A stretch of DNA of 64,000 nucleotides from contig JBDGUA010000014.1 in assembly GCA_042216345.1 (NCBI GenBank), positions 256-64,255 on the forward strand, given 5' to 3'. Position numbers and translations under genes: made by a program. Of the stretch, positions 11,329-19,348 are shown in pieces (position 1 is the first letter of the stretch; each line of letters begins with the position of its first letter). The DNA comes from Haloferacaceae archaeon. GTDB lineage: Archaea > Halobacteriota > Halobacteria > Halobacteriales > Haloferacaceae. Below the pieces are notes generated by a model. It was not told where the DNA came from and did not search any database. It was given only the letters and a program-made list of their open reading frames with translations.

Positions 11329-12168
11329 TCAGGCCGCCAGGCTCACGTCCAGGTACAGCATCACGATCACGCCGAGCATCGTCCCGAGGGTAGCCACCCG
11401 TTCGTTCCCGTTCGCGTGGGTCTCCGGGACGATCTCGTCGCTGATGACGAACAGCATCCCGCCGGCGGCGAAGCCCATCGCGTAGGGGAGCAGCGGGGCC
11501 GCCATCGTCACCGCCCAGGCGCCGAAGATCGTCAGCGGGATCTCGACCAGCCCCGAGCGGACGCCCGTCAGGACGGCGTAGGCCGTCCGGTCGAGCCCCG
11601 CGTGGACGGCGGCGATCGAGACCGCCAGCCCCTCGGGGATGTTCTGGAGACCGATCGCCAGCATCAGCGCCAGCGCCTCGCCGACGTTCCCGGAGCCGAA
11701 GCCCACGCCGACGGCCAGCCCCTCGGGCATGTTGTGGATGGTGATGGCGACGATGAACAGGACGACGGAGGCCGTCTTCCTGTCCAGGGCGTCCGTGAAG
11801 ACCGCGCCGTCCGAGACCGTCTGGTCGGCGCGCCGGCGACCCGTGATGATGACGTGGACGTGGGGGACCCAGTGGTCGGCCTGGTCCAGCAGGACGACGC
11901 CCGCGACGATCCCGACGAGCACGGGGAGGACGTTGCCGTCGGCGGCGTCGATCCCGGGGACGATCAGGCTCGTGAAACTCGCCGCGAGCATGACGCCGGC
12001 GGCGAACCCGAGCGCCCCGTCCAGCGAGCGCTCCGAGGGGTCCCGCCAGATCAGCACCAGCAGCGCGCCGAGCAGGTTCAGCGATGCGATGACGACTCCG
12101 CCGACCACCCCCTGCATGATCGGGTCCGGGCCGGCGACGCCGAGGAACAGGTCCGCGAACCAGTTCAT
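11329..12168 (-). CDS. ZIP family metal transporter (ZupT-like)
   Basis: ATG 12168 (MNWFADLFLG). ZIP signatures HNMPEGLAVG and LQNIPEGLAVS. Confidence 0.9.
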   Translation of the reverse strand: MNWFADLFLGVAGPDPIMQGVVGGVVIASLNLLGALLVLIWRDPSERSLDGALGFAAGVMLAASFTSLIVPGIDAADGNVLPVLVGIVAGVVLLDQADHWVPHVHVIITGRRRADQTVSDGAVFTDALDRKTASVVLFIVAITIHNMPEGLAVGVGFGSGNVGEALALMLAIGLQNIPEGLAVSIAAVHAGLDRTAYAVLTGVRSGLVEIPLTIFGAWAVTMAAPLLPYAMGFAAGGMLFVISDEIVPETHANGNERVATLGTMLGVIVMLYLDVSLAA

Positions 12169-12298
12169 CCACCCACCCCGGCAGTCGTCCTGGATCGGTT
12201 CCGTCCGTCGGTACGCATGGCCGGGGAGTCGCTCGCGGGGGGTAAAAATCCGTTCACCGTCGCCGACGCGGTCCGCACGATCCACTCGCCCCGGCCAG

Positions 12299-12364
12299 CC
12301 CCACCGGTCCCCGCGTCGGCGGTGAGATGGCCGCAGGGCCCCCCACCGGTCCCCTCCTCGGCGG
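12299..12364. repeat. Two copies of a 24-bp motif (CCCCACCGGTCCCCnCnTCGGCGG, period 42) in the ZIP/rqcH divergent intergenic region
   Basis: Copies at 12299..12322 and 12341..12364, 22 of 24 positions identical. Each contains the ACCGGT palindrome. Confidence 0.8.
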
Positions 12365-12415
12365 CCAGACGCCCGTAGCGACACGTCTTTTCCGTCGCCC
12401 CCGCAATGGCGTCCT

Positions 12416-14536
12416 ATGGAGCCCAAGCAGGAGCTTTCGAGCGTCGACCTGCGCGCGCTCGTGACCGAGTTGAACCGGTACGAGGGCGCGAAGGTCGACA
12501 AGGCGTATCTCTACGGCGACGACCTCCTGCGGCTGAAACTCCGGGACTTCGACCGCGGCCGGGTGGAGCTGTTGATCCAGGTCGGCGAGCGCAAGCGCGT
12601 CCACACCGCCGCGCCCGAGCACGTGCCCGAGGCGCCGGGGCGCCCGCCCAACTTCGCGAAGATGCTGCGCAACCGCCTCTCCAGCGCGGACTTCGCCGGC
12701 GTCTCCCAGTACGAGTTCGACCGCATCCTCACCTTCGACTTCGAGCGCCCCGACCAGAACACCCAGCTAGTCGTCGAACTGTTCGGCGAGGGCAACGTGG
12801 CCGTCCTCGACGAGAACCGCGAGGTGATCGACAGCCTGGAGACGGTCCGGCTGAAGTCCCGGACGGTCGCACCGGGGTCGCCCTACGAGTTCCCCCAGTC
12901 GCGGATCGACCCCCTCTCGATCGACTTCGAGGGGTTCGCCGCCAAGATGGACCAGTCCGACACCGACGTCGTGCGGACGCTGGCCACCCAGCTCAACTTC
13001 GGCGGCCTCTACGCCGAAGAGGTCTGCACCCGGGCGGGCGTCGAGAAGACCCTCGCCATCGCGGACGCGACCGAGGAGGACTACCGCGACCTCCACGACG
13101 CCATCGACCGGCTGGCCGAGCCCCTGCGGACCGGCGAGTTCGACCCGCGCCTCTACCTCGAGGCCCAGGAGGGCGAGCAGCCGAGCCGCGTCGTCGACGT
13201 GACGCCCTTCCCGCTGGAGGAGCGGGCCCACCTCGCCAGCGAGGCCTACGACTCGTTCAACGCCGCCGTCGACGACTACTTCTACCGGCTCGACACCGCC
13301 GGCGAGGGAGAGCAGGAGGCGGGCGAGCAACGGGGCGGCCCGGACTTCCAGGAGGAGATCGAGAAACGCAAGCGCATCATCCAGCAGCAGGAGGGGGCCA
13401 TCGAGGGGTTCGAACAGCAGGCCGCCGCCGAGCGCGAGCGGGCCGAACTGCTCTACGCAAACTACGACCTGGTCGACGAGATCCTCTCGACGGTCCGGAG
13501 CGCCCGCGAGCAGGGCGTCCCCTGGGACGACATCGCCGAGACCCTCCGGGAGGGCGCCGACCAGGGCATCCCCGCCGCCGAGGCCGTCCTCGACGTCGAC
13601 GGCGCCGAGGGGACGGTCACGGTCGCGGTCGACGACACCGAGATCGAACTCGACGCCTCGATGGGCGTCGAGAAGAACGCCGACCGGCTCTACCAGGAGG
13701 CCAAGCGCGTCGAGGAGAAGAAGGCCGGCGCCCTCGAGGCCGTCGAGGACACCCGCGAGGAACTGGAGGAACTGAAGCAGCGACGCGAGGCGTGGGAGGC
13801 CGGGGAGGCCGGCCAGGAGGAGACCGAGGAGGAGTCGGTCGACGTCGACTGGCGCTCGAAGGCCTCGATTCCGGTGCGTCGACCGGAGCACTGGTACGAG
13901 CAGTTCCGGTGGTTCCACACCAGCGACGGCTTCCTCGTGATCGGCGGGCGCAACGCCGCCCAGAACGAGGAGATCGTCAAGAAGTACACGAGTTCGAACG
14001 ACCTGTTCTTCCACACCCAGGCCCACGGCGGCCCCGTGACGGTGCTGAAGGCGACCGGGCCGAGCGAACCCGCGACCGACGTGGACATCCCCGACAGCTC
14101 CCGCGAGGAGGCCGCCCGGTTCGCCCTCTCGTACTCGTCGGTCTGGAAGGAAGGGAAACACGCCGGCGACGTCTACATGGTCACCCCCGACCAGGTCTCG
14201 AAGACCCCCGAGAGCGGCGAGTACCTCGAGAAGGGCGGGTTCGCCGTCCGCGGCGACCGCACCTACTTCCGCGACGTCGAGGCCAGGGTCTCGGTCGGCA
14301 TCGAGTGCGATCCCGAGACCAGGGTGATCGGCGGCCCGCCGTCGGCCGTCGACCCCGCGGCCGAGACGACGCTGCACCTCGAACCGGGGCGCTACGCCCA
14401 GAACGACGCGGCGAAGATGTGCTACCGGAAGTTCCGCGAGCGCTTCGCCGACCAGTCGTTCGTTCGGAAGGTCGCCAGCCCGGACCTGATCCAGGAGTTC
14501 CTGCCGCCGGGCGGGAGCGAACTGCTGGACGACTGA
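12416..14536 (+). CDS. rqcH: NFACT family ribosome quality-control protein (RqcH/Rqc2 homolog)
   Basis: NFACT-N-like start (LSSVDLRALVTELN, RPPNFAKMLRNRL), a central coiled coil, and a DUF814/NFACT-R region (WFHTSDGFLVIGGRNAAQNEEIV, FFHTQAHGGPVTVLK). Confidence 0.85.
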   Translation: MEPKQELSSVDLRALVTELNRYEGAKVDKAYLYGDDLLRLKLRDFDRGRVELLIQVGERKRVHTAAPEHVPEAPGRPPNFAKMLRNRLSSADFAGVSQYEFDRILTFDFERPDQNTQLVVELFGEGNVAVLDENREVIDSLETVRLKSRTVAPGSPYEFPQSRIDPLSIDFEGFAAKMDQSDTDVVRTLATQLNFGGLYAEEVCTRAGVEKTLAIADATEEDYRDLHDAIDRLAEPLRTGEFDPRLYLEAQEGEQPSRVVDVTPFPLEERAHLASEAYDSFNAAVDDYFYRLDTAGEGEQEAGEQRGGPDFQEEIEKRKRIIQQQEGAIEGFEQQAAAERERAELLYANYDLVDEILSTVRSAREQGVPWDDIAETLREGADQGIPAAEAVLDVDGAEGTVTVAVDDTEIELDASMGVEKNADRLYQEAKRVEEKKAGALEAVEDTREELEELKQRREAWEAGEAGQEETEEESVDVDWRSKASIPVRRPEHWYEQFRWFHTSDGFLVIGGRNAAQNEEIVKKYTSSNDLFFHTQAHGGPVTVLKATGPSEPATDVDIPDSSREEAARFALSYSSVWKEGKHAGDVYMVTPDQVSKTPESGEYLEKGGFAVRGDRTYFRDVEARVSVGIECDPETRVIGGPPSAVDPAAETTLHLEPGRYAQNDAAKMCYRKFRERFADQSFVRKVASPDLIQEFLPPGGSELLDD

Positions 14537-14569
14537 TCCCAGGCGGTCGGGGGGCGGACCTGCCTCCGT

Positions 14570-14630
14570 CACTAGCTCTCTCCCCGTCGACCCCGCCACT
14601 GGCACTAGCGCTCTCCCCGTCGCGCCTGCC
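14570..14630. repeat. Two copies of a 28-bp motif (CACTAGCnCTCTCCCCGTCG..., period 33) just 3' of the rqcH stop
   Basis: Copies at 14570..14597 and 14603..14630, read directly. The flanking CCTGCCTCCG is also duplicated. Confidence 0.8.
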
Positions 14631-14643
14631 TCCGCCACCAGAC

Positions 14644-14650
14644 GTTATAC
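14644..14650 (+). promoter_or_regulatory. TATA-box-like element (GTTATAC) about 30 nt upstream of ATG 14680
   Basis: AT-rich heptamer and spacing. Confidence 0.4.
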
Positions 14651-14679
14651 CGTCGGACACCGTCCCTCCACGTACGTCG

Positions 14680-15699
14680 ATGATCTCCGACGCACTCCAC
14701 GCCCCCGCCCGCTCTGACGACGCCATCGGGACGCTGTTCGTCGGGAGCGTCCTGCTGGTGCTCTCGCTGGTCGCACCCCTCGTCTGGGCGTACGGGGTGC
14801 TGGTGTCGCCGCTCTGGCTCGTCGTCGGGCCCTTCGTCGCGCTGCCGCCGCTGCTCGTGCTGGGCTACGAGGTCCGGGTGCTGGGCGCGAGCGCCCGCGG
14901 GGCCGAGGCGACCCCTTCGTTCGTCGACTGGGCGGGCCTCGTCCGCACCGGTCTGCTCTCGCTGGTCCTGCGGGCCCTCTACCTCCTGCCGCTGGCGGTC
15001 GTCGTCGCCGCGGGGGTGGCGGTCGCGGTCCTCGCCCAGACCGACGCGCTCGGCCTCGGGCCGAACGCCGCCTCGGCCGTCGCCGCCGCGGTCGCCGTCC
15101 TGCTCTCGCTGTTCTCCCTGAGCTACTTCGCGGCGTATCTCTACCTGCGGCCGGCGGCGCTCGCGGTGTTCGCGGTCACCGGTCGCCTCCGCTCGGCGCT
15201 GGCGCCCCGTCGCGTCCTCGGCGTGGCCGTCACCCGGGACTACGCGGTCGGCTGGACGGTCGCCGGGGTGGTCCTCGTCCTCGGCCTGCTGGTCGCCGCC
15301 CCGTTCTCGGCGCTGCTGGTCGGCTTCGCGCTCGCGTTCTACGTCCGGGCGACCGCCGCCGTCGCCTACGGTCGCGGGGCCGCGACCGGCCTCTCGGCGC
15401 GGGGGCTCCTCGGCGAGGACGAACCGGCCGGGGCGGCTTCCCCGGTCCCCGTGGGTCGGGACGCGCCCCCCGACGTGCAGGTGGGTCGGACCGCCGGGCC
15501 GCCGCTCGACCGAAGGTCGCGACCGGCCGGCACCGTGTCCGACAGTGCCGCGGGGTCTCTCCCCGACCACGGGTTCGACTTCGGTCAAGAACCGGTCGAG
15601 GGCACGTCCCCCGAGGAGCCTGTCGATCAGGATCGAGGGCGGGCGGACTCTCCCGCCACCGATCGGTCAGACGGTCGGGCGTCGCATCGACCCGACTGA
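14680..15699 (+). CDS. Polytopic membrane protein, DUF4013-like, with an acidic/Pro-rich tail
   Basis: ATG 14680 lies about 30 nt after GTTATAC. This is the sensible last third of the 1097-aa ORF 12406..15699. It has multiple TM segments. Confidence 0.6.
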   Translation: MISDALHAPARSDDAIGTLFVGSVLLVLSLVAPLVWAYGVLVSPLWLVVGPFVALPPLLVLGYEVRVLGASARGAEATPSFVDWAGLVRTGLLSLVLRALYLLPLAVVVAAGVAVAVLAQTDALGLGPNAASAVAAAVAVLLSLFSLSYFAAYLYLRPAALAVFAVTGRLRSALAPRRVLGVAVTRDYAVGWTVAGVVLVLGLLVAAPFSALLVGFALAFYVRATAAVAYGRGAATGLSARGLLGEDEPAGAASPVPVGRDAPPDVQVGRTAGPPLDRRSRPAGTVSDSAAGSLPDHGFDFGQEPVEGTSPEEPVDQDRGRADSPATDRSDGRASHRPD

Positions 15700-15776
15700 A
15701 CGACCGGGGGTGCGCTTCAGGTACCCGGTCACCGACAGCGTGCGTGCCGGAATCCCGGGTTGGTACCTGCGGAACG

Positions 15777-15783
15777 CTTATAC
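15777..15783 (+). promoter_or_regulatory. TATA-box-like element (CTTATAC) 27 nt upstream of ATG 15807
   Basis: AT-rich heptamer and spacing. Confidence 0.45.
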
Positions 15784-15884
15784 TGGTGTGCGGTGACTGG
15801 CAGGATATGCCAGGAGACAAATAAGACGAGAGTGCGGGCGACGACGTCACAACCCCGACCGAATCGTCGGCGAGCGAGAACGAG

Positions 15885-16364
15885 GTGGCGGAGTCCGGAG
15901 CCGACGTCGAGGAGGAGTCCGGAGTCGACGCCGAGGGGGAGGCAGCGGTCGAGGCGGAGGAGACCACCGAGTCGACCGGGGCCGACGCCGAGGATGCCGA
16001 TTCGGCGTCGACCGGGGCCGCCACGGTCGAGGGGACGGGGGCGGGCCAGTCCACCGGGTCGTCCGGCGATTCGGTCGGACAGCCGACCGCGACGGTCGAC
16101 GAGAAGAACCCCGGCATCGCCGCCATCGCGTCGCTGGTCATCCCCGGCGCCGGCCAGATCTACAACGGCCAGTTCGCGCGGGGCATCGTCTGGTTCCTCG
16201 GCGCGGGGTTCGTCGACCTCATGATCGTGCTGCTGGCGACGATCCTGACGGTCATCCTCATCGGGCCGCTGTTCCTGTTGCTGATCCCGCTGGTCAACGT
16301 CGTCGCCGCCTACGACGCCTACAAGCAGGCCGAGAAGATCAACGCCGGCGAGATCACGGTCTGA
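15885..16364 (+). CDS. Small membrane protein with an acidic N-terminal tail and the motif IPGAGQIYNGQFARG. The start is uncertain (see the finding on in-frame ATG 15807 / TAA 15822).
   Basis: ORF track 15885..16364. About 75 acidic residues are followed by two or three TM helices. Confidence 0.6.
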   Translation: MAESGADVEEESGVDAEGEAAVEAEETTESTGADAEDADSASTGAATVEGTGAGQSTGSSGDSVGQPTATVDEKNPGIAAIASLVIPGAGQIYNGQFARGIVWFLGAGFVDLMIVLLATILTVILIGPLFLLLIPLVNVVAAYDAYKQAEKINAGEITV

Positions 16365-16463
16365 TCGCGCCGCGGCGGTCCGCTCGGTTTTGTGGGGCGG
16401 CTCCGAGTCCGAAACGCGCCTGTTGAGAGACAGCCACGCTCGCGACCGAAACGGGTCGCTGGT

Positions 16464-16643
16464 GAGGTTTCCACGCCCGCGGTCGAGAGGTCCTCTTGGG
16501 AGGTTTCCACGCCCGCGGTCGAGAGGTCCTCTTGGGAGGTTCCCACGTCCGCGGTCGTGAGGTCCTCTTGGGAGGTTCCCACGCCCGCGGTCGAGAGGTC
16601 CTCTTGGGAGGTTCCCACGCCCGCGGTCGAGAGGACCGCGGGC
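16464..16643. repeat. 36-bp tandem repeat x 4.7 (GAGGTTYCCACGCCCGCGGTCGAGAGGTCCTCTTGG) immediately upstream of pelota. There are no spacers.
   Basis: Units at 16464, 16500, 16536, 16572 and 16608 (the last truncated), with 0-3 mismatches per unit. Confidence 0.95.
16619..16643 (+). promoter_or_regulatory. Perfect hairpin (10-bp stem GCCCGCGGTC / GACCGCGGGC, 5-nt loop GAGAG) closing the 36-bp array, 48 nt upstream of the pelota ATG
   Basis: The arms are exact reverse complements, read directly. Confidence 0.7.
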
Positions 16644-16690
16644 GAGGTTCGATGGCAAGCGTTGTTAGCTCCCCACCCAAACCCCCCGAC

Positions 16691-17761
16691 ATGCGCATCC
16701 AGAGCCGTGGTCGCGGCGAGGAGGGACGCGAGCGGATCACGCTCGTCCCCGAGACCGTCGACGACCTCTGGCACCTCTCGCACGTCCTCGAGCCCGGTGA
16801 CCTCGTGGAGGGCGACACCACGCGACGGATCCAGCGGGCCGACGACCAGATGCGGGACACCGGCGGCCAGCGCGAGCACATCCACGTCACCATCGAGGTC
16901 GTTGACGTGGAGTTCGCCCGGTTCGCCAACCGCCTGCGGGTCGGGGGGACCATCGTCGCCTGCTCCCGCGAGGACCAGCTCGGCCACCACCACACGATCA
17001 ACGTCGAGGAACACGACGAACTCACGATCGAGAAGACGTTCAAGCCCGACCAGATCGAGCGCCTCGAGGCCGCCGAGGAGGCCGGCGAGGAGACCGACGT
17101 GGCCATCGTCACCGTCGAGGAGGGGGAGGCCTACATCCACACCGTCCAGCAGTACGGCACCGAGGAGTACGCCTCCTTCACCGGCCCGACGGGCAAGGGC
17201 GAGTACGCCCGCCCGCGCTCGGAGCTGTTCGAGCAGGTCGGCTCGGCGCTCCAGCACCTCGACGCCGACGCCATCGTCCTCGCCGGGCCGGGCTTCACCA
17301 AGAACGACGCCCGCGACTACATCGCGGAGAACTACCCCGAGGTCGCCGACGACATCGCCCAGACGGTCGACACCTCCGCCGCGGGCGACCGCGGCGTCCA
17401 CGAGGTGCTCAAACGCGGCGCCGTCGAGGAGGTCCAGAACGAGACCCGCATCGCCCGTGAGGCCGAACTGATCGACGAACTCACCGGTCGCATGGCCCAG
17501 GGCGAGAAGGCGACCTACGGGGCCGAGCAGGTCGCCGAGGCCGCGGAGTTCGGCGCGGTCGAGGAACTGCTGCTCCTGGACGAGCGTCTCCGCCAGGAGC
17601 GCCAGGGGGAGGGCGAGTGGGACATCGACGTGAACGCCGTCATCGAGCGCGTCGAACAGCAAGGCGGCGACGTCACTGTCTTCTCCGCGGAGTTCGCCCC
17701 CGGCGAGCAACTGAAGAACCTCGGAGGCATCGCCGCCCTGCTGCGCTACCGGCTGGAGTAG
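16691..17761 (+). CDS. pelA: Pelota (Dom34 homolog), mRNA surveillance / ribosome rescue factor
   Basis: [39 protein letters not shown], followed by eRF1-like domains. Length is about 356 aa from ATG 16691. An alternative ATG lies at 16652. Confidence 0.9.
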   Translation: MRIQSRGRGEEGRERITLVPETVDDLWHLSHVLEPGDLVEGDTTRRIQRADDQMRDTGGQREHIHVTIEVVDVEFARFANRLRVGGTIVACSREDQLGHHHTINVEEHDELTIEKTFKPDQIERLEAAEEAGEETDVAIVTVEEGEAYIHTVQQYGTEEYASFTGPTGKGEYARPRSELFEQVGSALQHLDADAIVLAGPGFTKNDARDYIAENYPEVADDIAQTVDTSAAGDRGVHEVLKRGAVEEVQNETRIAREAELIDELTGRMAQGEKATYGAEQVAEAAEFGAVEELLLLDERLRQERQGEGEWDIDVNAVIERVEQQGGDVTVFSAEFAPGEQLKNLGGIAALLRYRLE

Positions 17762-17819
17762 CCCCGCCGAGCGCCGACCCGGACCTCGCCCGGGCGGCAA
17801 ACATTACTATCTGGCCTGC

Positions 17820-18239
17820 ATGGGCCAGGGTATGCCGTCGTCGCCGTCGCAGCGGTCGCGCCCGCCGTCGTCGCCGTCCTCACGCTCGCCGTCGGTCCCG
17901 TCAGAGCCCCTCTCGGCCGGTGCGCTGATCCTCCGGTTCCTGCTGGAACTCGGCGGGCTGGTCGCCGTCGGCTACGCGGGGACGCGACTGGCGCCCGGGC
18001 AGTCGGGACTCGTGCTGGGACTCGCGGCAGTCGTCGCGGTCGGCGGGCTCTGGTGGCTGTTCGTCGCGCCGAAGGCCCCGCGCCGGCTCGCGGACCCGTG
18101 GCGGCTCCTGCTCGAACTCGGCGTGTTCGGCGTCGCCGTCCTCGGCCTCGCCGTCGCCGGCCAGCCCGCGCTCGCGGCCGGGTTCGGGCTCCTCGTCGTC
18201 GTCGACGAGGCGCTGTTGTCCCGGCGGGGGCTGCGCTAG
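17820..18239 (+). CDS. Small membrane protein, YrdB/DUF2568-like
   Basis: LILRFLLELGGLVAVGYAG plus three further hydrophobic helices after a Ser/Pro-rich leader. The start could instead be ATG 17832. Confidence 0.55.
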   Translation: MGQGMPSSPSQRSRPPSSPSSRSPSVPSEPLSAGALILRFLLELGGLVAVGYAGTRLAPGQSGLVLGLAAVVAVGGLWWLFVAPKAPRRLADPWRLLLELGVFGVAVLGLAVAGQPALAAGFGLLVVVDEALLSRRGLR

Positions 18240-18276
18240 CGGTCAGTCGACCGCCTCTGCGTCGCTCGGGCGACGA

Positions 18277-18843
18277 TCACCCGCCGACGTTCTGGTCGCT
18301 CTCGAAGGTTTCGGGGTTCTGGCCGACGGTCGCGTACTCGACGACGCGTCGGCCGAGGGTCACGGTGCGGTGCTCGAGTTTCTCGTCGACGAACTCGCCG
18401 TCCTCGAAGGCGCTGCCCGCCCGCGGGATGGCGGTCTCGTGCGGCAGGACCCAGGCGTCGAGCGCGCGACAGACCGACCGGAGGTGCTCCAGGGCGGTGA
18501 CGGGGAACTGCCCGCCGGCGACCGCCAGCAGGCCGACGGTCTTGCTCTCGAACTCGTCGAACCCGCAGTAGTCCAGGGCCGTCTTGAGGACGCTGGAGTA
18601 GGAGCCGTGGTACACCGGCGTCCCGAGGACGATGGCGTCGGCCCCGCGGACGCGACGGGTCAGCTCCGGGGCGTCGCCCGCCTCCTGCGCGCCGCCGTCG
18701 AACAGCGGGAGGTCGTACGTCCGCAAATCGAGCACCTCGCCGGTCCCGCCGGCCTCCTCGACCCCCCGGAGGGCGTGGTCGAGGGCGAGCCTGCACCGGC
18801 TCTCGTCCCGCAGGCTGCCACAGATGGCCACCACGTGCGTCAT
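18277..18843 (-). CDS. NAD(P)H-dependent FMN reductase family oxidoreductase
   Basis: VAICGSLRDESRCR, LGTPVYHGSYSSVLKTALD. Confidence 0.85.
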   Translation of the reverse strand: MTHVVAICGSLRDESRCRLALDHALRGVEEAGGTGEVLDLRTYDLPLFDGGAQEAGDAPELTRRVRGADAIVLGTPVYHGSYSSVLKTALDYCGFDEFESKTVGLLAVAGGQFPVTALEHLRSVCRALDAWVLPHETAIPRAGSAFEDGEFVDEKLEHRTVTLGRRVVEYATVGQNPETFESDQNVGG

Positions 18844-18963
18844 GGTGTCCGGGTCGCGTTCGACCTACAAGAAGTGCGGGGAAGGCGAGGGGTCGCGGCC
18901 CGAAGTGTGGCCGGCCGTCCACCCGCCGCAAGAATTGATACGACGCGACGCGAAGGGTGGGCC

Positions 18964-19302
18964 ATGGAGACCGCCTTCCACCTCTCGGCCGGCGACGTCA
19001 GCGACTGGCGAGCGGCCCTCGCGAACGTGGTCAACTTCCTCGACGACGACCAGGTCGACGCCGATCCCGTCCTGGTCACCAACGGCAACGCCGCCTACGC
19101 CGTCCTCGAGTCCTCGCCCGTCGCCGACGGGGTCCGGGACCTGCTCACCGACGGCGCCGAGGTCTGCGTCTGCGAGTACTCCCTGGCGTCGCGGGACCTC
19201 GATCCCGACGACCTGATCGCCGGCGTCGAGATCGTCTCCTCCGGCGTCGGCGAGGTGACCCGACGCCAGGCCGACGGCGCGGCCTACGTCAAACTCCCCT
19301 GA
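18964..19302 (+). CDS. DsrE/DsrF-like family small protein
   Basis: ATG 18964 (METAFHLSAGDVSDWRAALANVVNFLDDD ... VSSGVGEVTRRQADGAAYVKLP). This is the sensible end of ORF 18370..19302. Confidence 0.5.
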   Translation: METAFHLSAGDVSDWRAALANVVNFLDDDQVDADPVLVTNGNAAYAVLESSPVADGVRDLLTDGAEVCVCEYSLASRDLDPDDLIAGVEIVSSGVGEVTRRQADGAAYVKLP

Positions 19303-19348
19303 CGGCGGCGGATCGCGACCACGACCCCCGACTGTCGGGCCACTCCCC

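Noticed and set aside
12406-15699. The 1097-aa ORF as a single large protein
   Set aside because: Its first two thirds are an out-of-frame overlap of rqcH and read as R/P/G-rich nonsense. Only the part from ATG 14680 reads as a membrane protein and is preceded by a TATA-like box.
16464-16643. The 36-bp repeat array as a CRISPR array
   Set aside because: The units are directly abutting, with a period equal to the unit length of 36 bp. There are no unique spacers, no leader-like AT-rich flank and no cas genes anywhere in the window. It is a plain tandem repeat.
16496-16690. An N-terminal extension of Pelota encoded by the repeat array (ORF 16496..17761 from TTG)
   Set aside because: The encoded ([12 protein letters not shown])n is basic and Gly/Arg-rich, unlike the acidic proteome. 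MRIQSRGRG at ATG 16691 matches the usual Pelota N-terminus and gives a typical ~356-aa length. It is kept only as a remark inside the repeat finding.
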